DNA of 64,000 bases, from positions 22,568,001 through 22,632,000 of the forward strand of contig OZ024761.1 of NCBI GenBank assembly GCA_964016885.1, read 5' to 3'. The DNA is from Eledone cirrhosa. Its lineage: Eukaryota. Positions 1 to 14,407 of the stretch are shown piece by piece. Made by a program: the position numbers and the translations under genes. Every line of letters starts with the position of its first letter. Positions within the stretch are counted from its first letter, which is position 1. The notes under the pieces were generated by a model. The model ran no database searches. It saw only the letters and a list, made by a program, of their open reading frames with translations, and had not been told where the DNA came from.

Positions 1-124
1 TTTGTTGGAAGTCCAACAAGCATAAATGTTTATAACTGATTTAGAGCACTCAACAAGTTACTGGAGTAAATATACAATGATATTAAATAAATGGAAACTG
101 TATTTATAAAACCATATTTATTTT

Positions 125-180
125 ATTATATATATTTCAAGGATACCAAGACAACATTGGTACGCTTTCATCAGATAAAA
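125..180 (-). ncRNA. Minimal type I hammerhead ribozyme motif, family A
   Basis: Minus strand reads TTTTAT-CTGATGA-aagcgTACCAA..TTGGTAtcctt-GAAA-TATATA-TA-ATAAAA. Stems I and II pair; stem III is palindromic. Confidence 0.75.
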
Positions 181-451
181 TACAAAGTTTGTTTTATAAA
201 TAGAGATATACCTATGAAAATCATACCTTATCGGTTGGAAATTCACTGGATATATATATATATATATATATATATACGTATATATGTGTCTATATATATA
301 TATATATAAAGTTGTTAAACAATATTCAATGAGTATGTCAAAGAATGAGTTTTACAGTAGATTGGAAACACTCAACAGAAAATAATTTTCAGGAGTTATT
401 AATATTAAAATATAAGTATTAATAAAATAGATGTTCTTTTGATCAATTACA

Positions 452-503
452 TTTTATTATACATATTTCGGATGTACAACAGTACGTCCTCATCAGACAA
501 AAT
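452..503 (-). ncRNA. Minimal hammerhead motif, family B; inverted copy at 568-612
   Basis: Minus strand reads ATTTTGT-CTGATGA-GGACGTAC-tgtt-GTACATCC-GAAA-TATGTA-TA-ATAAAAT. Confidence 0.75.
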
Positions 504-700
504 ATAATGATACATGACATACCCTGAGATGTTAAATGGTTAAGATTTAATCAATCTACCTTGATTGATGATGAGGACGTACTGTTGTACATCCGAAATA
601 TGTATAATAAAATGTAATTGATCAAAAGAACATCTATTTTATTAATACTTATATTTTAATATATATATATATATATATATCATCATCATCATCAGGTTTA

Positions 701-736
<36 letters not shown>

Positions 737-1224
737 ATATATATATGTATACATATATACACACACAACCTTGAAATTTTTTATTTGTTGTTATCTCATT
801 ACCTGTTATTCATTAACAACAACAACACCAACATCTGCCATCTTGTCTTACAAATATCATCAGTTCCTTAGTTACCATATTCCTATTGTCCCCACCTCTA
901 GTTACCATACCCCCCCCCCACATTGTTACCATATTCGTACAGCACCCCACCCCCCACCCCTAATTACCATATTCCAACAGTCCCCCCCATCCACTATAGA
1001 AATGTTGTTATTCCAACAACTAAGACTGACAGATTACATTGACATGTTTTACAATATATTCCATTTTTCTTATTCTCTCATTCTGTTGTTCTGTTCTGTT
1101 ATTCTCATTCTCTTGTTCTATTGTTCCAGTTGTTTGCAAGAAACTTCTTGTTTGTTTCCTGTTGTTTTTGTATGTTTTTCTCAGCAACAAAACTGTAATA
1201 TGTTGTTTTTTATATGTGTATATA

Positions 1225-1264
<40 letters not shown>

Positions 1265-1294
1265 CACATCTATACATATATACACATATATGTA

Positions 1295-1375
<81 letters not shown>

Positions 1376-3761
1376 ATGCAAGCATGTGTATATATGTGTG
1401 TGAATGTTTGTATGTTTGATTATATGTGTGTGTGTACATATATACACTCACACACACATATATTTATATTTCTTTCTTGTACCCTTCCAGGTATATTTAA
1501 CCCTTTGTACCTTATCTTCTATCCATATAGGGTCCCCAGTTTATTTATTAACCCTTTCTTTATAATCAACACTGTTGTTATTGTTGTTGTTGTTGTTTCT
1601 ACATACAAACAGTTATATTTATTAACTTCTTTTAATTGTCAATAATGTAATAAGTGATTAGCTAACCTACTCATTAATTAATCCATTAATGACATTTCTC
1701 CACAGTTGTTAATATAATCTATATGTACCCAATTTAGTATGGGTTCACACACTGTACCCGAGTGTGTGAACTATTAGGGGACTAAAAGTGCTGGTGACAA
1801 GGGAGGGCATACAGCTGTAAAACGTTGCCTCATAAAGTCCTCCCATGATGTGTATAAAGCTACAAAGTGTTGTAGTTTGCTTGAAGCATTGTGGAATAAG
1901 AAATACAAATGTAAATAAGTTTAAATATTTGGAAGCCCTACAATGCGCGCAAGATTAAAAGTGTCAAGGTAATAGGAGTTATCAAGAATAAAAGGTAAAA
2001 TTCTACTGTCCTCACTCTTTTCTCAGTCTTTTATTCTCTATAACTCCTATTACCTTGGCACTTTTAATCTTGAACGCATTGTCAGGCTTCCATAATATTT
2101 AAATTTATTTAAATTTATATTTCTTCAAATATATATTTTATTTCTTATATTCCGAGAAGCAGGTGTAGAGTTTAGAATAAGTGCACCATGCCCTCGTGTG
2201 TTGTAAGAAGGGACTAAAAGTGTTAGTGGCAGGAAGTATATACAATTGTAAGACATTTCCATCATAAAGGACCCCATGATGAATGTGAATCTGTTACAGC
2301 GACCCCAAGACTAAACTTTGCTGTTGCAGGGAATTTGGTTCTAAAAATATTTGTTGTTGCATGAAGCAGGTACACTTATGTTGTCTGTGAGTCATAAAAG
2401 GAGTCTAAAAGGATTGGTGCCAGGAACGGTATCCAGCTGTAAGAAAACAAATATCTAAAAAAGTATCCCAAGATGTGTAGGAAGCCTAGCATGAGTTCTG
2501 CAAGGTTAACCCTCTTCATCGGCAGAGAAAGTGGCCTTTAACCTCTTCTGTACCGTAGACAAGATAACCCTAACATGTAAGCATTCCAGTGCAATGAACA
2601 AGATAACTCGTCCTAACATGTTTGAACTCGTTTCCAATAGTTCATAACTTCAAAGCTAGATGGGGTTACTAGTTTATTGATGTGATGTTTGTCAGTCATT
2701 CAGGTATGTGTTTTTAATAATTGTTTGTTTAAAAAAATAGTAATTTTACTGGAAAAAAAAAACCCAGTACAGCAACTGTAGCTGTGTAAAGTATACACAG
2801 CAGTCAACAGGTTAAACAGTTGTTATTGTGGGCTGTTGTGGGTATGTTATGTGCATGAATATATATGGTCATGCGATGTGCGTCCATGTATATATTTGAG
2901 CCTGTGTTTGTATATAGTGTAGCATGTATCTGTGTGTGTGTGTGTGTGTGTATATATGGTGACTGTATAGCATGTGTATGTTGATTTGTTTGAATATGTG
3001 GACACAGCTATCAACCAAGGAGTATTGTTTATGTGTGAGTCTAATATATATATAATAAAATACTACATGTTTAGAGTCACTCCATCATTAAATGTTTGTT
3101 TCTATTTATATACTTATAAATCGACAATTCAACATAAATAATTGTGTGTGCATGTATGTATATTAAATACACAGCCACATATATTAGTATATGTGAGTGT
3201 ATATATACATACAAACAGATACACATACATACTTACATGTATTTATATATAAAACAATCAGTTTTCTGTTGGATTTCAAGGTTTTCTTGTGTACATAGGT
3301 TACAGGGCCTTACGTCTCCAGACTTGTTATGGGGCATGTATCATATACTTAACACTGTTGTCTCTCTCCTTAATATCTCAAATAGAATAACCTAACCTTA
3401 ATATATACATTTTATATTATTATTAATAATAATGATATTAATAATAATAATAATATTTTTGTCTGTTTTTGGCTGATTGCTTGCTGCCTTAGTCATATAA
3501 ACCTTTTGTTCTACCCTCATCCAATACTATATATATATATATATATATATATGTATACTTATGTATGTATATATATATATGATTTGCATGTATGCATACA
3601 TATATTTATATATGTATATTTATATGATTTGCATGTATGCATACATATATTTATATATGTATATAAGATTTGCAAGTATGCATACATATATTTATATATG
3701 TATATGTATTATATGCATGTATGTATACATATATTTATATATGTATATATGTATGTCTGTG

Positions 3762-3842
<81 letters not shown>

Positions 3843-4099
3843 ATATATATATATACACACACATGTATGTATATGCTACTTTACCATTCTACCTATTATA
3901 TGTACTAACCCTATTGTGACTGCTGTTGGTATTTTATTGTCATAATCTTCTTTTACTGGTGCTAAAGAATTCTTGTGATTATTTCTTTCTTATTTTTTTG
4001 TTCCTCCCCCCTCTCCCACTTCCACCACCACGGTATGTCACTGGCTGCCATTGGTCTAAAACACCAGGAACCCATCTTGGTTCTATGATACTAACTTGT

Positions 4100-4625
4100 T
4101 TGTTATAAATATAATTTTATGTAAGAACCTTTGTTAAGTTACCTTCCAAATACCATATTAACTATGGGAGAGTTATTTAATTTAAGTCTCTCTCCATGGC
4201 AATGTTATTTTATTGTTATAAATATAATTTTATCTAAGAACCTTTGTCAAGTTACCTTCCAAATACCATATTAACTATGGGAGAGTTATTTAATTTAAGT
4301 CTCTCTCCATGGCAATGTTATTTTATTGTTATAAATATATTTGTATATAAGAACCTTTGTCAAGTTACCTTCCAAATACCATCTTAACTATAGGAGAGTT
4401 ATTTAATTTAAGTCTCTCTCCATGGCAATGTTATTTTATTGTTATAAATATAATTTTATGTAAGAACCTTTGTTAAGTTACCTTCCAAATACCATATTAA
4501 CTATGGGAGAGTTATTTAATTTAAGTCTCTCTCCATGGCAATGTTATTTTATTGTTATAAATTTAATTTTATGTAAGAACCTTTGTTAAGTTACCTTCCA
4601 AATACCATCTTAACTATGGGAAAGT
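4100..4625. repeat. 113-bp tandem repeat, ~4.6 copies
   Basis: Unit starts at 4103, 4216, 4329, 4442 and 4555. Confidence 0.92.
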
Positions 4626-5884
4626 TAAGATAGGTGAGACTCATTGAAATTTTTAGAATAAAATTAGTTTCTGTTGAGAAACGCCACTAAATATCTTACC
4701 TTAGATTTGACCTCTCAATCTCTGAACTCCTTGTATCATACTTCTACACTCACTTTCACTGCCTCAACTGTAACAACACATGTGACACGAGACATACTAA
4801 CTGCACACTCTACCCCCCATGTGTACACAACCACAGCAGCTGTGTGTCTGCATCTATCTGCATCTAAATACATTTCTTTTCATACCAATGACTGCAGCCA
4901 ACTCTGCTGATGTAAAACTATTTTCTCCTCCAAAGTGACAACCACAATCACCTCCCTGCGTGGACTCAGTCACACAGTTTCCATCCCACAAGAAGGTTAA
5001 AAGGCAACAAACCCTTCACAGGATTCAGTTTAACCCTTTACCATTTACATTACTCTATATATACTATTGTATTTTCACAGTAAAGGCTTTACCTCACATA
5101 ATATCTCACATAACATTTACATTACTCTATATATACTATTGTATTTTCACAGTAAAGGCTTTACCTCACATAATATCTCACATAACATTTACATTACTCT
5201 ATATATACTATTATATTTTCACAGTAAAGGCTTTACCTTACATAATATCTCACATAACATTTACATTACTCTATATATACTATTGTATTTTCACAGTAAA
5301 GGCTTTACCTCACATAATATCTCACATAACATTTACATTACTCTATATATACTATTGTATTGTCACAGTAAAGGCTTTACCTTACATAATATCTCACATA
5401 ACATTTACATTACTCTATATATACTATTATATTTTCACAGTAAAGGCTTTACCTCACATAATATCTCACATAATATCAAATCTATGAGATTTTGATGTTA
5501 TTTGTTTATCATAGAAATAGCAGCCAAATTTGATTCAAATTACTTTGCCATATTGAAAAATAATGACAACATTGAGTAATTTAGTCCCAGATAGACTGTG
5601 GTTGATGAAAAAGGGGGAAGTTGTATGGTAGTGCCTTTCATAAGAAATATGGTAACAAGGGTTAAATTAACTGAGAAATAATTGAGATCTGATTTAGGTC
5701 TTTGGCAGCTGTGTACATACCGTCCCCTTTTCCTCTGTATACCCATTACCCACAATGCCACAGCAATTGTTACAACTTCCTCATTTATTTCCCTTTATGA
5801 TTTGAAAAAGCACAATACACACATACATAGACATACACACACATACACACACATACACATACATACTCATACATACTCATATAT

Positions 5885-5918
<34 letters not shown>

Positions 5919-5962
5919 GCCTGGAGAGGGATAGGCTCTGCCAGGCTGAAGGAGTTAAGGAC

Positions 5963-6016
<54 letters not shown>

Positions 6017-6035
6017 GCATATATGCATGTGTGTG

Positions 6036-6071
<36 letters not shown>

Positions 6072-6135
6072 TATACACATACATAAATATATATTTATAT
6101 CTATCTATATATACACACACACATACACATATATA

Positions 6136-6181
<46 letters not shown>

Positions 6182-6381
6182 TACACATACACATATATAC
6201 ATCGTTCAGTTATACTTGTTCAGTGCCCTACCAACCTACTGTTGTTACCTTGCTGTGTTTAATCCATCCTTATTCCGTTTATTGATCCCAATTTTCTTTC
6301 TTTTCTTCTTTGCCTACCTCTGCCTCATCCTCCCCACCCCCCTGTCCATCTTATATATATATATATATGTGGGTATATATG

Positions 6382-6414
<33 letters not shown>

Positions 6415-6457
6415 ATATATATATGTGTCTGTATATATATATATGTGTATATATATA

Positions 6458-6498
<41 letters not shown>

Positions 6499-6633
6499 TA
6501 TATGCATAATTGCGTATATGTACATATATACACATATACATATATATATATTTATATATATATGATGATGATGATGATGATGATGATATATATGTATATA
6601 TATATATATATATATATAAATATATACACACAC

Positions 6634-6718
<85 letters not shown>

Positions 6719-6854
6719 ATGTTTAATATATAAATGGCTTCTACAGGACTAGAACTGTTTCATTTGAAGGAAATCATCAGGAAAGCCGACTGTTATTGGC
6801 TGAGGTATTTTAAGAATAATAAATACCACTGTATCACATATCACAATAACAGTT

Positions 6855-6905
6855 GGCTTACCTGATGATTTCCTTCGAATGAAACAGTTCTAGTCCTGTA
6901 GAAGA
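6855..6905 (+). ncRNA. Minimal hammerhead motif, family C; inverted copy at 6737-6786
   Basis: CTGATGA(6862)-tTTC-cttc-GAAt-GAAAC-agttcta-GTC(6895). Further copies at ~34165-34255 and degenerate ones at 40100-40150 and 40645-40695. Confidence 0.65.
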
Positions 6906-6987
6906 CATTTCTATATTAGATATAATATACTCTGATATGTATTGAGTACCTTACTGTGGTTACCTCCATATATATATATGTATATAT

Positions 6988-7019
<32 letters not shown>

Positions 7020-7118
7020 GTATATGTATATGTATATATATATATATATGTATATGTATATATATATGTATATATATATATGTATATATATATATGTATA
7101 TATATATGTATATATGTT

Positions 7119-7164
<46 letters not shown>

Positions 7165-7238
7165 TATATACATACATATATATGTATATATATATATACA
7201 TACATATATATGTATATATATATATATATACATACATA

Positions 7239-7272
<34 letters not shown>

Positions 7273-7559
7273 CATACATATATATACATTTATATATATA
7301 TATATATATATACATTTATATATATATATATATATATATACATTTATATATATATATATATATATATACATATATACATTTATATATATATATATACATA
7401 TATACATATATATATATACATATATACATATATATATATACATATATATATATAAACCCCCAACCACCTCCATACCTTTGTCGTCAACTTTACCTACCTG
7501 TAAGCCTATCCCATGTTACACACTGCTTTTTTTCCGCTTCGCCTCGTTATATTTTGCAG

Positions 7560-7592
7560 ATTGCACGTTTTTTTCGTTTGAAGACTCAAGGA
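7560..7592 (+). CDS. Candidate 33-nt numb microexon ([11 protein letters not shown])
   Basis: Pyrimidine tract plus tttgcAG, then 33 nt open in phase 0, then GTAAGT donor. Unique sequence between microsatellites. Confidence 0.45.
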
Positions 7593-7602
7593 GTAAGTAC
7601 TC

Positions 7603-7647
<45 letters not shown>

Positions 7648-9458
7648 TGTAACTGCCTGCTTTCCTAGCTGAGCACCTAACAAGTCTGGTACCCTCCCGG
7701 GGTGCAAGGGAGGGAAAGAGACATTGACCAGTCTGTGTGGGCTGGCTGGCTGGGGGAGGGTGTCTAATGTGGGCTAAAGAGTTTTGAAGAATGTGTGTGA
7801 GTGTGTGTGTGTGTGTGTGTGTGAGTGTGTGCTCTAGTGTATGTATGTCTGTGCATGTGTGTTCACATGTGTGTAATATTTGATGTGTGTGAAGCCCCGC
7901 GGTCAAGATTAGACCATTCTACCATGGAAAAGGTTTAAGCTTGACCGTAGGGCTTAGACATTTGAAATGAAACCTACACTCCACTTTCTTTAAAGTGTGG
8001 TGGGTGGGGGTGCTAAGTTAAATAAAGGTCTGACTGGTTTAGTTTTTCTTTAGTAAGATATTATCCACACAAACACACACACACATACATAAACACACAT
8101 TCACATACTCACACACACATAAACACACACACATTCACATTCACATTCACACACACACACATAAACACACACACACATTCACATTCACACACACACACAT
8201 ACTCAAACAGAAGCACACATACTCACACATTCACACACATACACATTCACACACATACATACTCACACACATACTCTCTCACACACACACAAACACAGTT
8301 TCAAACACACACACACACTTACACACACTCAGACACACTCACTGTTGTCTTTCCAGTTGTCACTTTATTTACGCTGTGAGTTCCAATCCTGCTGAGGTCA
8401 ACTTTACCCTTTAACCTCCCAGTGTTGTTAAAATAAAGTACCAGTTATACACTTGGGGGTCGATATAGGCTTTGGCCATGTTCACAAATTGCTGGCCTTG
8501 TGCCTAAAGTGGAGATTAGATTATTATTATTATTATTGGGAGGTGGTGAATCTATGAGATTTTGATATTATTTATTTTGAGAACAATACCTTAACATCAG
8601 TATGAGCAGCCAGTGGATTGGCAGTATCGGTAGAGAGTCGGACACCGCGCGTTGCAGCACAGTTACGGCCCTTTACGGGCTGAGTTCAATTCCCACCGAG
8701 GTTAACTTTGCCTTTCATCTTTACTGGGTCGATAAAGTAAAGTACCAGTAATTCACTGGGGTAATTGCTGGCCTTGTGCCAAAAGTAGAAACAATTATTA
8801 TTTTTATATATTGACAGTGTTGGTGGAGTGTCAGACACCATGCTTAACGGCATCGAGTTATGGCCCTTTGCGTTCTGAAATTAAACCTTGCCGAAGTTAC
8901 CTTTGTCTTTTATTCTTACAGGGTTGATAAAATAAAGTACCAGTAATGCACTGGGGTAATTGCTGGCCTTGTGCCAAAAGTAGAAACATTTATTACAGGG
9001 TTGATAAAATAAAGTACCAGTAATACACTGGGGTAATTGCTGGCCTTGTGCAAAAAGTAGAAACAATTATTACAGGGTTGATAAAATAAAGTACCAGTAA
9101 TACACTGGGGTAATTGCTGGCCTTGTGCAAAAAGTAGAAACAATTATTACAGGGTTGATAAAATAAAGTACCAGTAATACACTGGGGTATTTGCTGGCCT
9201 TGTGCCAAAAGTAGAAACAATTATTATTATTATTGGTGGGTGGCAGTGGTAGGGTTGAGTGGAGTGGAAAGATGGACATGTTCTAATTATCAGTCTTAAC
9301 GAATATATATCTTAACAAGCTTTTAGTGTTTAGCATGTTTCATAATCTATTTTGTAAACTCGTTAACACAAGTGTTTAAATGACAAAATAGTAATTAACA
9401 GATTTTGGCTTTTGTTGTTGTTTGAAATTACTTTAACATGAACTTCTATATACATAAA

Positions 9459-9495
<37 letters not shown>

Positions 9496-9548
9496 GTATA
9501 TATATATATATATATGTATATATATGTATATATATATGTATATGTATA

Positions 9549-9593
<45 letters not shown>

Positions 9594-9660
9594 GTATATG
9601 TACATATATATGTATATGTATATGTACATATATATGTATATATATATGTATATGTACATA

Positions 9661-9733
<73 letters not shown>

Positions 9734-10152
9734 TCAAATCGTAATGGACCAAAATCGCTAAGGTGAAAAAAACACTAACTACAGAAAATAGGGTTTGCTG
9801 GACTCAATTTAAGAACAAATTAAGAAAAATAAATACAAACCAGTATTGTGGTAACTACCATCACCCAGACGCTCTTTGATATAACCGTTTCGCAATATTA
9901 TTTGCGAAGAGGAATACCAATTCCAGGCTCATCAGTGGGTGCTGAAATTAGTATACTCCTCACTTCTACTTCTAAATCAAATAGAAAACTGGAAAGTGCG
10001 TGTATATATAGCGCACATGGTTCTCGAACTTAGCGTGTCGCGTAGACTTACGCCACTAAAAATAGCAGCCGGGTCTACACGACATTTGAAATAGCTCTAC
10101 GAATTAACGGAGCCGAATCTATCATAAGCTTGTATTGAGTTTCTAACTCAAT

Positions 10153-11757
10153 ACAAGCTGTAATATATATATATATGTGGTCAAGCGGTAATATATATAT
10201 ATATATGGTCAAGCTGTAATATATATATATATGTGGTCAAGCTGTAATATATATATATATATGTGGTCAAGCTGTAATATATATATATATGTGGTCAAGC
10301 TGTAATATATATATATATATGGTCAAGCTGTAATATATATATATATGTGGTCAAGCTGTAATATATATATATATATGTGGTCAAGCTGTAATATATATAT
10401 ATATGTGGTCAAGCTGTAATATATATATATATATGGTCAAGCTGTAATATATATATATATGTGGTCAAGCTGTAATATATATATATATATGTGGTCAAGC
10501 TGTAATATATATATATATGTGGTCAAGCTGTAATATATATATATGGTCAAGCTGTAATATATATATATATGTGGTCAAGCTGTAATATATATATATATAT
10601 GGTCAAGCTGTAATATATATATATATATATGTGGTCAAGCTGTAATATATATATATATGTGGTCAAGCTGTAATATATATATATATGTGGTCAAGCTGTA
10701 ATATATATATATATGTGGTCAAGCGGTAATATATATATATATATGGTCAAGCTGTAATATATATATATATGTGGTCAAGCTGTAATATATATATATATAT
10801 GGTCAAGCTGTAATATATATATATATATGGTCAAGCTGTAATATATATATATATGTGGTCAAGCTGTAATATATATATATATATGGTCAAGCTGTAATAT
10901 ATATATATATGTGGTCAAGCTGTAATATATATATATATATGGTCAAGCTGTAATATATATATATATATGGTCAAGCTGTAATATATATATATATGTGGTC
11001 AAGCTGTAATATATATATATATATGGTCAAGCTGTAATATATATATATATGTGGTCAAGCTGTAATATATATATATATATGGTCAAGCTGTAATATATAT
11101 ATATATATGGTCAAGCTGTAATATATATATATATATGGTCAAGCTGTAATATATATATATATGTGGTCAAGCTGTAATATATATATATATGTGGTCAAGC
11201 TGTAATATATATATATATATGGTCAAGCTGTAATATATATATATGGTCAAGCTGTAATATATATATATATGTGGTCAAGCTGTAATATATATATATATAT
11301 GGTCAAGCTGTAATATATATATATATGTGGTCAAGCTGTAATATATATATATATATGGTCAAGCTGTAATATATATATATATATGGTCAAGCTGTAATAT
11401 ATATATATATGTGGTCAAGCTGTAATATATATATATATATGGTCAAGCTGTAATATATATATATATGTGGTCAAGCTGTAATATATATATATATGTGGTC
11501 AAGCTGTAATATATATATATGTGGTCAAGCTGTAATATATATATATATGTGGTCAAGCTGTAATATATATATATATGTGGTCAAGCTGTAATATATATAT
11601 ATATGTGGTCAAGCTGTAATATATATATATATGTGGTCAAGCTGTAATATATATATATATGTGGTCAAGCTGTAATATATATATATATGTGGTCAAGCTG
11701 TAATATATATATGTGGTCAAGCTGTAATATATATATATATATGGTCAAGCTGTAATA
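10153..11757. repeat. Compound minisatellite GGTCAAGCTGTAA(TA)n, >50 units
   Basis: A fixed 13-mer alternates with a variable (TA)n run. Confidence 0.95.
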
Positions 11758-12443
11758 GTGTACATCTGCCTGTCTTGGTGCTAACATACCTGTCATACCT
11801 GAGGTAACGAGAAAACAAATGAAAAGACCTAGGTTTTGAACTCAGATAGAAACCTGTTACATGTTTGTTGTGATTTGAGGGTCATTTAACCCCTTAATAT
11901 TTACATTACTCTATATATACTAGTGTATTCTTTTAGTAAAGGCTTTATCTTACACAGTTATCTCGCATGATATCAAATCTATGAGATTTTGATATTATTT
12001 ATTTTGAGAACAATATCTTAACATCAGTATGAGTGGCCAGTTACAGCTGGTTTGAACAGAAAGAGGTGAGAGAGTTTTCTGGCCGGATATAGCCGGTTTA
12101 AATACTAAAGGGTTAAGCTGTTCTTTCTAGCTGCTGGGTCTGTCCCATTGGTCAAGTCCTACAGGCTCCAGCTGGTCGTGGCCCATGACTAATGTGTCAG
12201 TAACAAACACCATATATCTGTGTATGTGTTTGTGTGAGTTCATTGGCCTGCGCGTCTGTACATATGTGTGTGTTTCTGGCCATGTATGTGTGTGTGTGTG
12301 TATATACATATGTATACATATATATACATATATATATGTATATATACATATACATATATATACATATATATACATATATATATATACATATTATATACAT
12401 ATATATATATATAATGTATGTTTACATGGTCCGTTCAGAGTGA

Positions 12444-12487
<44 letters not shown>

Positions 12488-13806
12488 ACACACACATCTA
12501 AGTGAGTGTATAGTGTATTGAAATACCCTGCAGCTATATTCCTTATTGATCTCTGACAAATCAATGTTCTCTCATCATATGACTGCTTTGAAAAATGTAT
12601 ATAACAAACACACATGCATATACACATGCATATACATATATACATACATATATATATATACATATACACATGCATATACATATATACACATGCTTATACA
12701 TATATACATACACATATATATGTACATATACACATGCATATACACATATACATACACATATACATACATATATATATATACATATACACATGCATATACA
12801 TATATACACATGCTTATACATATATACATACACATATATATGTACATATACACATGCATATACACATATACATACACATATACATACATATATATATATA
12901 CATATACACATGCATATACATATATACACATGCTTATACATATATACATACACATATATATGTACATATACACATGCATATACACATATACATACACATA
13001 TACATACATATATATATATACATATACACATGCATATACATATATTCACATGCATATACATATATACATACACATATATATATATATATACATATACACA
13101 TGCATATATATATATACATACACATATATATACATATGCACATACATATATATACATATACACATGCATATACACATATATATGTATATATACATGCATA
13201 TACGTATATACATACACATATATATATATATACACATGCATATACATATATACATACACATATACATATATATATACATATACATATATACATACACATA
13301 CACATATATATACATATACATATGCATATACATATATACATACACATACACATATATATATACATATACACATGCACATACATATATACATACATATATA
13401 TATATATATACACATGCATATACATATATACATATACACAATCATAAGACCTGCAGCTAGACACTGACTCACACATACACACAGCCTACATCAAAGTCAC
13501 ATACACACACACACATAAACATATATATATATATATACATACATATATACCCCCCCCCCCCCCATTTTAACCACTTCCAAAAATTCAAGATAAATAAAAA
13601 AAAAAATACTGTTAAAAAGAACAAGAAATGTCCCCCTCCCTATCTCCCCTCTTCCCCCTCCCTATCTTCCCTCCTGCCCCTCCTCACTCTCCCCTCCCTT
13701 CCCTCTCCTCTTCCTCCTACCCCCTCTTCCTCCCCTCTCTTCCTTCTACCCCCCTCCCATCTAAGCTACAAGAATACCAAACATTGTTGTCCTTTCTCCC
13801 ATCTAG

Positions 13807-13839
13807 CGCCACGGCAAGAACGATGGCTGCCTTGTAAAG
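13807..13839 (+). CDS. Candidate 33-nt numb microexon (RHGKNDGCLVK)
   Basis: Long pyrimidine tract plus ctAG, then 33 nt open in phase 0, then AAG|GTATGA donor. Confidence 0.4.
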
Positions 13840-14407
13840 GTATGATGAGTCACTTCTTCTGTAGTCTACCTGTGTACCTTACCTGATTCACAATAGCTTT
13901 AGTTTTAGTCTCTACTACTACTACCACTACCACCACCACCACCACCACCACCACCACCACTACCACTGCTGTTGTTAGGCCGAGAGTTTGGTAGAGTCAT
14001 TGGAGCGTTAGATTAACTTTTAGCATCCTGTACTGCATGAAACCACATTAGCGAGGGAGGGTGCGGGGTTTAAAGTACGAAACAACACTACAACTGCATC
14101 CCGTTAAAAGTTAAAGTCTTTTCTCTAATACTGCAAATTTTCATAGCAATTTGTCCACTAGTAACGATTCTAAGAACATTTAACTTAACAAACTGCATAA
14201 AACCACTTTAGCAAGGCATTCTTGAAAACTACAAAACACCACTATGACTGCATCACATAATTAAAGTCTTGACTATAATACTGCAACTTTTCACAAGTAT
14301 CTGTCCATTAGTAAGGAAACTGTAAACATTTGAATTGTCAAACCACGTAAAACCACATTAGTAAGGCATACTTGAAAACTAAAAAACAGCATTCTGACTG
14401 CATTACA

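Noticed and set aside
4020-4040. Donor-like CG|GTATGT after a pyrimidine tract
   Set aside because: No suitably placed AG acceptor upstream.
8357-8375. AG...GTGAGT mini-exon
   Set aside because: 19 nt (frame-shifting), and the donor lies in a SINE B-box region.
10153-11757. CRISPR-like repeat-spacer appearance
   Set aside because: Spacers are only (TA)n, the context is a eukaryotic intron, and there are no cas genes.
12131-12199. 69-nt phase-0 open segment after ttctttctAG
   Set aside because: Weak donor (CA|GTAACA), acceptor directly abutting a MITE end, and no Numb-like sequence; too weak to call.
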